Positions 1 to 7,490 of a stretch of 20,000 nt of DNA are shown here, in pieces. The stretch lies in the IMG/VR virus record IMGVR_UViG_3300012665_001179; one strand, written 5' to 3'. Both the position numbers and the translations under genes were made by a program. A model generated the notes under the pieces. That model was not told the origin of the DNA, did not search any database, and worked only from the letters and a program-made list of their open reading frames with translations. The stretch comes from an uncultured virus (IMG/VR IMGVR_UViG_3300012665_001179) (lineage: Duplodnaviria > Heunggongvirae > Uroviricota > Caudoviricetes). How positions within the stretch are numbered: position 1 is the first letter of the stretch; the number at the start of each line of letters is the position of its first letter.

Positions 1-150
1 TGCGGTATCGGATACTAGTAGCCAGTCTTCTGGATTATGAATGATGGTTTGCGTACCATCTTTATTTCTAAGAAAATCTAATTCGAAATCTCCGGCCATA
101 GTAGGCAGAGATAGTAATGCGGTTAAAAGAACAGTGAATAGGTGTTTCAT
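1..150 (-). CDS. Secreted/periplasmic hypothetical protein, 5' part only (runs off the window)
   Basis: Not in the ORF track; translated by hand as MKHLFTVLLTALLSLPTMAGDFELDFLRNKDGTQTIIHNPEDWLLVSDTA. ATG at 150, strong SD GGAGGT at 156-161, Sec-type signal peptide, frame open to the window edge. Confidence 0.75.
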   Translation of the reverse strand, partial: MKHLFTVLLTALLSLPTMAGDFELDFLRNKDGTQTIIHNPEDWLLVSDTA

Positions 151-172
151 GTGCCACCTCCAAAAAACCTAT

Positions 173-886
173 TTAGTTCCAATATTTCGAATAATCTTTT
201 TTATTCCAATACTCTGCATTATTACGATTTAAGAAGTTTTCAATCAAATACAATGCCATACCAAAGTATCCCATTCTCTGAAATCTTCTACTATCTTGGC
301 CTAGGTAATGATTAACTATTTTAAACTTCTTGACATCATACATCTTAGATAAGAAAAAATCTTCACTTGTACCGAACTTGGCTGGAAATCCTCCAAACTC
401 TTCAAATTTTGATCTTTTAGTCAACATGTATGCACCAACAGCAAATGGTACCCAATACTTCATTACATTGTTTATTGCATTGAATAACATGAATCCTATC
501 TTTGCTCTGATATCTTCATCATAACACTTTAGATTTAAACCAATCAAATCTAGATCATGATCTTCTAATTCTTTGATCGTGTCAGCAATAACTGTATTGG
601 AGAAGAATCTTACATCACTGTCAATGAATAGTATGTATGGTGTCTTGACAAGTTTTGCACCATTGTTCTTTGCAATACTAACCGGACCACCATCGATGAT
701 TTCTATGTTTAATTTGCCTCGATAAGCTTCGATAACTCCACGAGTATCATCAGTGGATGCATCGGCAATTATAATTCTAGTGTCGCCAATATTTTGGTTT
801 CTCAGATTATCCAACAAATGATGAATGTATTCTTCTTCATTTTTGCAGGGAATAACAATCGTAATTTTATCACTGATCTTCTTCAT
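173..886 (-). CDS. Glycosyltransferase family 2 (GT-A fold)
   Basis: IVIPCKNEE start, DASTDDT, AKNNGA, DxD motif FIDSD, GGF...SEDFFL, SRRF. Overlaps the upstream phosphoesterase gene by 17 nt. Confidence 0.9.
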   Translation of the reverse strand: MKKISDKITIVIPCKNEEEYIHHLLDNLRNQNIGDTRIIIADASTDDTRGVIEAYRGKLNIEIIDGGPVSIAKNNGAKLVKTPYILFIDSDVRFFSNTVIADTIKELEDHDLDLIGLNLKCYDEDIRAKIGFMLFNAINNVMKYWVPFAVGAYMLTKRSKFEEFGGFPAKFGTSEDFFLSKMYDVKKFKIVNHYLGQDSRRFQRMGYFGMALYLIENFLNRNNAEYWNKKDYSKYWN

Positions 887-1640
887 TTTTGTCTTTTTCC
901 TGTGTCCAAGTTACTATCTGCCATGTTCCGTCATGATGTTCTACTAGTGCTGTACAACTTTCAACCCAATCTCCATCATTCATATAAACTACACCATCTA
1001 TTTCTTTAATCTCTGCATGATGTATATGACCACATATCACACCATCAAAGCCACGCTTGCTACAATAGCCAGCAAGGTTACGCTCAAACTGAAACATAAA
1101 ATCAATGGCTCTTTTGACTTTATGCTTGAGATACTTAGATAAACTCCAATAACCAAAACCCATCCTATGACGTAACCAATTATACTTGCTGTTAATACTG
1201 AGAACAAAGTCATATGCTTTATCTCCTAGAAAACTAAGCCAAGGTGCTAATCGTGTTATACCATCAAATAGATCACCATGCACTACTAGGTAATGTTTGC
1301 CATCAGCACCAATATGTTCAATTTGATTAACAACTTCAATCAAACCAAAACCAATACCATACGGAATAAGTGGACGTAAAAATTCATCATGATTGCCTGC
1401 AACGTAAACTACTCTAGTTCCACGTTTAGCATGACCCATAATTCTACGCACCACATTGGTGTGACTTTGCTTCCAACGCCACTTGTTTTGTTGAATTTTC
1501 CATGCATCTATTATATCTCCTACAAGATATAGAGTTTCGCATGTATTATGTTTGAGAAAATTATTTAATTGTTCAGCTTTGCAGTCTTTAGTGCCGAGAT
1601 GAATATCACTTATAAAAATAGAGCGATAAGTTTTTTGCAT
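870..1640 (-). CDS. plcP: Calcineurin-like metallophosphoesterase of the PlcP / UDP-2,3-diacylglucosamine hydrolase-like family (PlcP-type)
   Basis: All five motifs present: SDIHLG, GDIID, GNHD, HGD, GHIH, plus YMNDGDWVESCTALVE. GNHD (not the GNRD of E. coli LpxH) and the overall pattern match my recollection of PlcP. Family call is strong; activity is inferred. Confidence 0.75.
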   Translation of the reverse strand: MQKTYRSIFISDIHLGTKDCKAEQLNNFLKHNTCETLYLVGDIIDAWKIQQNKWRWKQSHTNVVRRIMGHAKRGTRVVYVAGNHDEFLRPLIPYGIGFGLIEVVNQIEHIGADGKHYLVVHGDLFDGITRLAPWLSFLGDKAYDFVLSINSKYNWLRHRMGFGYWSLSKYLKHKVKRAIDFMFQFERNLAGYCSKRGFDGVICGHIHHAEIKEIDGVVYMNDGDWVESCTALVEHHDGTWQIVTWTQEKDKNEEDQ

Positions 1641-1647
1641 TGAAGTA

Positions 1648-1684
1648 TCCGGTTACGGATCCGGAGTCATCATATTATTATGAC
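1648..1684. other. Two abutting hairpins in the intergenic leader of the phosphoesterase gene
   Basis: TCCGG-TTACGGAT-CCGGA (1648-1665) is followed directly by GTCAT-CATATTATT-ATGAC (1666-1684). Confidence 0.45.
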
Positions 1685-1696
1685 CGATTTTTTAGA

Positions 1697-2269
1697 TTAG
1701 AATGAACGGTTGTAAGCTAAACGCCAAGAGTTTTTCTCTTCGGACGTGTCACCATACGATTGACTATAACGTACAGCAATGCTGTCTTTGTCGGTCAATG
1801 CATACGATACTGCAACATGGCCACGTGAACTGCGGAATTGTTGTGCTGTATCTAAAGCATTACGCCAACGACCACCAACATCACCACTTAGAGAACCTAC
1901 TAGTGGAAACTTAACACCATAATCAAATGCATAATGGCTAAAATTTTCAGAACTAGAAATCTTTTCACCTAAACGCACACCTAGATATGGTTTGAATGAA
2001 CCCATTTCAAAAGATTTGCGAACACGTGCTTCAAGACCAGTAGTAATTGAACCATTTCCTAATTCTGCTTGACTACCTTCCATCTTCAAACTGTAGTCCA
2101 ACAACTGAGGAGTTTTGATTCCAACAACTACGGCAGCTTTAACATTATCTGCCTTTGTGTTACGGTTTTCTTCATCATAATACTGTAATTCAGCATAGCC
2201 TTTACTTTGTGCTAAAGAAAGACCAGATACTAATAACAAAGATGTTACTGCAATTTTAACAAACTTCAT
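1697..2269 (-). CDS. Small outer-membrane beta-barrel protein (putative porin)
   Basis: Signal peptide MKFVKIAVTSLLLVSGLSLA, alternating amphipathic strands (KPYLGVRLG, YAFDYGVKF, HVAVSYAL, IAVRYSQS), C-terminal beta-signal WRLAYNRSF. SD AGGAG upstream. Confidence 0.75.
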   Translation of the reverse strand: MKFVKIAVTSLLLVSGLSLAQSKGYAELQYYDEENRNTKADNVKAAVVVGIKTPQLLDYSLKMEGSQAELGNGSITTGLEARVRKSFEMGSFKPYLGVRLGEKISSSENFSHYAFDYGVKFPLVGSLSGDVGGRWRNALDTAQQFRSSRGHVAVSYALTDKDSIAVRYSQSYGDTSEEKNSWRLAYNRSF

Positions 2270-2301
2270 ATACTTCTCCTATAAAAAAAATCAACTACAC
2301 T

Positions 2302-2309
2302 TATTTATG
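2302..2309 (-). promoter_or_regulatory. T4-type late promoter variant CATAAATA
   Basis: 7/8 match to TATAAATA, intergenic, about 32 nt upstream of the beta-barrel ATG. Confidence 0.6.
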
Positions 2310-2310
2310 G

Positions 2311-2330
2311 TTGTAACACAAACGTCACAA
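2311..2330. promoter_or_regulatory. Putative operator: Pho-box-like direct repeat that is also an imperfect inverted repeat
   Basis: The + strand reads TTGTAAC-ACAA-ACGTCAC (11-bp period, each half 5/7 to CTGTCAY). It also reads TTGTAAC-N6-GTCACAA (6/7 dyad). Confidence 0.45.
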
Positions 2331-2957
2331 TCATTCATACATTACTGTATTCGTATCACCTAGAGCCCATTTAGAATTAGTTTCGACCGACCATCTTTTT
2401 GTTGCCACTTTAAAGTCGGGCATTTTTAATTCTTTAGGATTACTACTAGGTTCTAATATTATTAACCTATTATTTGGTTGAGCAGCAAACTGTCCATTAT
2501 CACACATGATAAAATTATATGATTTATGGTCTTCAATATCTTCAGAAAATCCAGTATCAATTATATTGAAATCTGGATGAGCCGAATCGACCGTAAACAT
2601 ATAGACACCTTGTTGCCAACCACCACTCTTCAACTTAAATTTACAACTCATCGATTGTAACTGAGATTTTTTCAATACAGTTATATCATATGATAAACAA
2701 TCCCACAATTGCAAGTAATCTAGGGGTAATGGTTCACCTTCGATTGGTTTCCAGCAAAATGCATGTAATGGTAGTTTATCATACAATGCGCCATACTCAT
2801 TTAAATATGCCTCAATACGAAATGCTTGGCCTCTTAATGATTTAATACTTACCCACCAACAAGGAACAAGTTCTCCATGTCCTTTTTGAAAGTCATAAAG
2901 AAATTCTTTTCGAACAAAACATTTTACTGGAGGTAAATTTGCAACGATATGTGCCAT
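2331..2957 (-). CDS. Hypothetical phage protein
   Basis: 208-aa ORF starting immediately after the nrdB stop. N-terminus ANLPPVKCFVRKEFLYD...HGE resembles proteins I recall from aquatic phages; function unknown. Confidence 0.8.
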   Translation of the reverse strand: MAHIVANLPPVKCFVRKEFLYDFQKGHGELVPCWWVSIKSLRGQAFRIEAYLNEYGALYDKLPLHAFCWKPIEGEPLPLDYLQLWDCLSYDITVLKKSQLQSMSCKFKLKSGGWQQGVYMFTVDSAHPDFNIIDTGFSEDIEDHKSYNFIMCDNGQFAAQPNNRLIILEPSSNPKELKMPDFKVATKRWSVETNSKWALGDTNTVMYE

Positions 2958-3947
2958 TTAAGCAGCCTTAGACCAAACATCTTCCCACGTACCACTTAAC
3001 GCACCTTTAGCATAATCAGTTGCACGATTTTCAAAGAAATTCGTATGTGTTGGCGCATTAATCATTTCTTCTACCCAAGGCAAAGGATTCTTTTTCACTT
3101 TGAATATGCCTTTTAAGCCAAGACTAATAAGGCGGCGATCAGCAATATAACGAATATATCGCTTGACATCAGATTCAGTAAGTCCTTGCATAGGCCCCAT
3201 AGAAAATGCCAAATCGATAAATTTTTCTTCGAGTTCAACCATTCTCTCTGCAATCGTATAGATTTTTCCTTTGAGGTCATCATTCCAAATTTCTTTATTT
3301 TCTTCGACATATGTTCTGAATAGTTTAATCATTGATTCACAGTGCTGAGTTTCATCAACAATCGACCAAGTAACAATCTGTCCCATTCCCTTCATCTTAC
3401 CGTGTCGAGGGAAATTAAGAAGCATAATAAAACTACTAAACAACTGCATACCCTCTGTAAATGCTGAGAAGCAGGCAATTTGTGTAGCAGTCGATTCTTT
3501 TGAAGAGGCCACTGTACTAACCTCTGTGATGTAATCATGTTTATCTTTCATCTGTTGGTATTCCATAAACTCTGCATATGTAGAATCTGGCATACCTAAT
3601 GTTTCAATCAAATGAGAATATGCTGCAACATGTAATGCTTCACGTGCTGCAAATCCCAATAACATCATACGAACTTCAGGTTGTTTGAATATTGGTAGAT
3701 AGTTATTCACATAACCGCCTGCAACATCAACATCACCTTGAGTAAAGAATCTAAAAATGTTAGTTAAAAAACCTTTTTCAGATTCAGTTAATTTACTTTT
3801 CCAATCTTTTACATCTTCTGCCATTGGTACTTCAGTATGTAACCAATGTGATTGTTCATGTTTCAACCAAGCATCATATGCCCAAGGATAGTGAAACGGT
3901 TTAAAACTTGTACGATCTTCTAACAGATTTGATTTTTTCTTACTCAT
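2958..3947 (-). CDS. nrdB: Ribonucleotide reductase class Ia beta subunit
   Basis: Metal ligands and radical Tyr: FFTQGD, REALHVAAY, TEGMQLFSSF, DETQH; C-terminal NFFENRATDY. Confidence 0.95.
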   Translation of the reverse strand: MSKKKSNLLEDRTSFKPFHYPWAYDAWLKHEQSHWLHTEVPMAEDVKDWKSKLTESEKGFLTNIFRFFTQGDVDVAGGYVNNYLPIFKQPEVRMMLLGFAAREALHVAAYSHLIETLGMPDSTYAEFMEYQQMKDKHDYITEVSTVASSKESTATQIACFSAFTEGMQLFSSFIMLLNFPRHGKMKGMGQIVTWSIVDETQHCESMIKLFRTYVEENKEIWNDDLKGKIYTIAERMVELEEKFIDLAFSMGPMQGLTESDVKRYIRYIADRRLISLGLKGIFKVKKNPLPWVEEMINAPTHTNFFENRATDYAKGALSGTWEDVWSKAA

Positions 3948-4185
3948 TTATCCATGCCTCTAATTCTTGTTTTGATTTTGTACCAACCATCTTTTTCAAT
4001 ACTGTATTATCTTCAACCATAATTAAAGTAGGAACTGATCTAATTCCATATTCAGAAGCAATTTCATTATGCACATCAATATCAATAACCTCAATAGGTA
4101 AATTTGTATTGACTTGTTCTAATGTCATCGCTAAGGCCTTACATGGCGCACACCATGAGGCGGTGAATCTTATTACCTTTTTCAT
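3940..4185 (-). CDS. trxA: Thioredoxin
   Basis: FTASWCAPCK active site, cis-Pro motif IRSVPTL, adjacent to nrdB. Confidence 0.9.
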   Translation of the reverse strand: MKKVIRFTASWCAPCKALAMTLEQVNTNLPIEVIDIDVHNEIASEYGIRSVPTLIMVEDNTVLKKMVGTKSKQELEAWINE

Positions 4186-4203
4186 TTTCTCTCCGTTATT
4201 TTC

Positions 4204-4395
4204 TTATTTTTCGCAGGTGCGAGTTCTAGTTACTGTACCATCTGGATTTTTAACTTCTTCCCATGCTGTACACTTTTGTTGTTGTACTTCTTTTTCCATA
4301 GTTGCAGGTTTTTCGAATACAGGTTCGATAACGAAATGATTGGCACCCCACCAACCAAAAGCACTTACAAAACCATACAATAACATTTCACCCAT
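4204..4395 (-). CDS. Small membrane-anchored hypothetical protein
   Basis: 63 aa; hydrophobic N-terminus; C-terminal CTAWEEVKNPDGTVTRTRTC; fills the operon gap exactly. Confidence 0.65.
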   Translation of the reverse strand: MGEMLLYGFVSAFGWWGANHFVIEPVFEKPATMEKEVQQQKCTAWEEVKNPDGTVTRTRTCEK

Positions 4396-4396
4396 T

Positions 4397-5041
4397 TTAT
4401 TTCTCCATCAATTCATTAACAAAATCTAACAATAGTTTATGCTGTACGCCACCATGATAATGATCTTTCATCCAACTATGATATGTGTACCAAATTGGTG
4501 TACTCTCAGGATGACAGCCTATAATACCGATGTTGTTTTGTATAATGGCCATCGGGTCACCATTAGCATATCTTGCAATCGTTTCAAACTTTGTTTCATC
4601 GCCTGCCAACGCACAACCATCAAAGAAAAACATTTTATGTTCTTCACCTTTCCATGTTATAGGCATGGCCTTGGCATGTGGTCGTTTTGTATCTGTATTT
4701 GGTCTTATAATATATTGTACAGCATCCACATCTTTTAGTATATTAAAATAATGACTGCCTGCCCAATAAGCACCCATACAGATACCAAGATACTTGCCAC
4801 CATTATTCAGAAAATCATATATCTTTGTTCCATTATTATTGAACAGTTGGTGCCACGATTCTGAATCTCCCTCACCACCAGGAAAAGCGACAATATCAAC
4901 ATCATCGAAGAAATCTTTTTCTACTTGATGTTTGGTGAAAATTTTAAATACATATTCGTCAGATAAAGCTTCAATTATACCATTACCACATTGTATGGAA
5001 CATCTAGGGTGGTGCAAAAAGAGAGCCATCTTACGTTTCAT
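4397..5041 (-). CDS. Class I glutamine amidotransferase-like protein (BPL-N type)
   Basis: FPGG oxyanion strand, GGKYLGICMGAY nucleophile elbow, HPE; complete Cys-His-Glu triad. Confidence 0.8.
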   Translation of the reverse strand: MKRKMALFLHHPRCSIQCGNGIIEALSDEYVFKIFTKHQVEKDFFDDVDIVAFPGGEGDSESWHQLFNNNGTKIYDFLNNGGKYLGICMGAYWAGSHYFNILKDVDAVQYIIRPNTDTKRPHAKAMPITWKGEEHKMFFFDGCALAGDETKFETIARYANGDPMAIIQNNIGIIGCHPESTPIWYTYHSWMKDHYHGGVQHKLLLDFVNELMEK

Positions 5042-6841
5042 TTAACCCTCACATGCTATGCATACAACTTCTTCAGTTGCTAACTGTTTCAAATCAATCT
5101 CCTCCATTACTTGTCGTTCAATTCGTTTTGATACCTTATCTGCTTTGCCAATCTTTTCTGAACGGCAATAGTATAAAGTCTTCAAGCCTGTTTTCCATGC
5201 CATGAAATGAATTGCATGTAAGTACTTCACATTAACATCAGGTCTAAAGAAAATGTTAATAGATTGTGCTTGGTCAATATATTCTTGACGATCAGCAGCA
5301 TGCTGTATAATCCAACGTTGATCTATTTCCATAGACGTTTTGAATACATCTTTTGTCCATTCATCCATCCATTCTAGATGCTGTACTGAACCATCATTTG
5401 CAATGATACTTGACCATACTTCATCATAGTCCAATTCTTTATCATCTTCACATGCCTTTTTAATGATAACATCTAAGAACTTATTTTTGTTAAGGTGAGA
5501 GCCTGAGAGCGTATCTTGTCTATATGCATTTGCTCGATATGGCTCAACACTAGGAGAAGTGTTGCCCATGATAATAGAACTGCTAGCATTGGGTGCAATA
5601 GCCATGAGATGGCTGAAGCGCTGACCAGTACCTGCAGCATCCGGCGCTTCACCACGTTCTTTGCCGAGTTGAAGATTGGCATCGTTAAGTCCCTCTCTTA
5701 TATGTTTAAACATTTGTGTATTACGGCCTGTTGCCATTGGTGATTCGAATGCTAAGTTTTTCTTTTGTAGATAAGCATGAAAGCCGAGAGCGCCAATACC
5801 AATAGACCGTTCACGAATAGCACTGTATCTTGCCCTTTGTATGCTGTCAGGAGCATTATCAATGAAATGCTGAAGGACGTTATCGAGCATCTCTGCAACG
5901 TCCCGAAGAAAAAGTTTGTCATCTTTCCAATCATCATAATACTCCAAATTCAAAGAAGATAAACAACATACAGCAGTACGTTCTTTATCGGTTGGTAAAA
6001 TAATTTCACTACACAAATTCGATTGTTTAATACTTAAACCTAATTTCTTTTGAAACTCTGGCATTGCTCTGTTACTCGTATCAATGAAGTGAATGTATGG
6101 TTCACCTGTTTGCATACGCATTTCTAAAACTCTCTGCCATAATTCACGTGCTGATACTTTCTCTTTAACATCACCTGAATGAGGGTCTTTTAATTCCCAT
6201 GTATCATCAGCATCAGGATCAATCATACACTTTTCAATGATATGCATGAAATCATCAGTGATATTAATACCGTGGTGTAAGTTTAATGTTCTTAAATTAG
6301 GATCACCTGTAGGCTTTCTCATCTCTAAAAACAACAAAATATCTGGATGACTAATATCAAGATAAGCGGCATAACTGCCACGCCGAGTACGACCTTGACG
6401 ATAGGCGAGACTTGAAGCATCATATGTACGTAAATGAGGCATAATACCAACAGACTTATCATCAGCACTACGAATTCCCAAGCCAATTCCTACTCCTCCA
6501 CCTAGCATTGAGAGCCAGTTGACTTCCGAAAGGGTATTGACAAGACCTTCTGCACTATCATCAAGATAGGGGAGAAAACAACTAATAGGCAAACCACGCT
6601 TAGAACGGCCAAAAGATAAGATAGGAGTAGAATAACTGAGCCAATGCCTGCTGCTATAATTATAAAGACGCTGAGCGTGAGCCAAATTAGATCCAAAACT
6701 TTTGCTAACATATGCAAACCTTTCTTGTGGTGAGGTTTCATCCTCTTTCATATAAGATTCTTTTAATCTTTTAATTCCTAATTCATCGAATAAATTATCA
6801 CGTGAATAGTCTACCGTGATACCATGTACCGTTTTTTCCAT
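5042..6841 (-). CDS. nrdA: Ribonucleotide reductase class Ia alpha subunit (short, no ATP cone)
   Basis: ISCF, QSNLCSEI, AVCCLSS, IAPNASSS, KTLYYCR tyrosine dyad, C-terminal CIACEG. Confidence 0.95.
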   Translation of the reverse strand: MEKTVHGITVDYSRDNLFDELGIKRLKESYMKEDETSPQERFAYVSKSFGSNLAHAQRLYNYSSRHWLSYSTPILSFGRSKRGLPISCFLPYLDDSAEGLVNTLSEVNWLSMLGGGVGIGLGIRSADDKSVGIMPHLRTYDASSLAYRQGRTRRGSYAAYLDISHPDILLFLEMRKPTGDPNLRTLNLHHGINITDDFMHIIEKCMIDPDADDTWELKDPHSGDVKEKVSARELWQRVLEMRMQTGEPYIHFIDTSNRAMPEFQKKLGLSIKQSNLCSEIILPTDKERTAVCCLSSLNLEYYDDWKDDKLFLRDVAEMLDNVLQHFIDNAPDSIQRARYSAIRERSIGIGALGFHAYLQKKNLAFESPMATGRNTQMFKHIREGLNDANLQLGKERGEAPDAAGTGQRFSHLMAIAPNASSSIIMGNTSPSVEPYRANAYRQDTLSGSHLNKNKFLDVIIKKACEDDKELDYDEVWSSIIANDGSVQHLEWMDEWTKDVFKTSMEIDQRWIIQHAADRQEYIDQAQSINIFFRPDVNVKYLHAIHFMAWKTGLKTLYYCRSEKIGKADKVSKRIERQVMEEIDLKQLATEEVVCIACEG

Positions 6842-6860
6842 TTAATCCTCTTTGTTATTT

Positions 6861-7490
6861 TTATTGTACTGCTGCGACTACATTAGGGAACTTTTCAGAA
6901 ATAATATCCCAACATTTTTTTGCTACATCCATATGTTCTTTCTGTGTACCATTTGCCATCCTTAGAGTGCAGTAATGGATCCACGAACGTAAAGTTCCGT
7001 TCATGTATAATTTTGATTGTGTGTTGCCTTCTGGTAGAACAGATCGTGCTTGCTCTTTTGCTATACCGTTACTAATTGCCCACTCATATGCTGTTTTAGC
7101 GTTAGAGATAACTGTTTGTTGATGAATTTCCCATGCATTTTGCAATTCGGAATCTTCAACAACTATACTGTTTTGTCTATTCTTATTGTCTTGCAATCTT
7201 GCTTCACGTAATTCAAATGACAAATCTTTTGTTGGATCAGCGTACCTCTGGCTGAATTCTTGAAACGAGAAACTTCTGTGTCGTAATATCTGTCTTGCAA
7301 TATCACGTGTTGTGTTTATTTCCATCACTACATTTACCATCTCAAATGGTGACCAATGTTGATTCTTAATCAAATAACGAATCAACTTCTCATTGCCTTC
7401 GGTAGTGTTCTGGTTACTAGGATTAGATACCCTAGCCATATAGACAATTAAATTCTCATCACCCGAAACACCAATCATCTTTACATTCAT
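6861..7490 (-). CDS. thyX: Flavin-dependent thymidylate synthase
   Basis: HWSPFE, RQILRHRSFSFQEFSQRY, EQARSVLP, TQKEH. Start moved from 7502 to ATG 7490, which forms an ATGA overlap with the primase stop. Confidence 0.95.
   Translation of the reverse strand: MNVKMIGVSGDENLIVYMARVSNPSNQNTTEGNEKLIRYLIKNQHWSPFEMVNVVMEINTTRDIARQILRHRSFSFQEFSQRYADPTKDLSFELREARLQDNKNRQNSIVVEDSELQNAWEIHQQTVISNAKTAYEWAISNGIAKEQARSVLPEGNTQSKLYMNGTLRSWIHYCTLRMANGTQKEHMDVAKKCWDIISEKFPNVVAAVQ

Noticed and set aside
870..1640. Calling the phosphoesterase LpxH (lipid A biosynthesis)
   Set aside because: It has GNHD instead of GNRD and no lpx genes are nearby, so the PlcP type fits better. Not fully excluded without phylogeny.
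1648..1665. tRNA T-arm-like CCGGTTACGGATCCGG
   Set aside because: The loop is 8 nt and there is no acceptor, D or anticodon arm; the 56-nt gap is too short for a tRNA.
1669..1686. Second Pho box (CGGTCAT-AATA-ATATGAT, minus strand) before the phosphoesterase
   Set aside because: Only one half-site is good; the hairpin explains the sequence equally well.
2311..2330. CRP site
   Set aside because: TGTGA and TTACA are separated by 8 nt rather than the required 6.
2958..7490. Introns, inteins or homing endonucleases in nrdA, nrdB or thyX
   Set aside because: All three are continuous and of normal or short length; the genes between nrdA and nrdB show no nuclease motifs.
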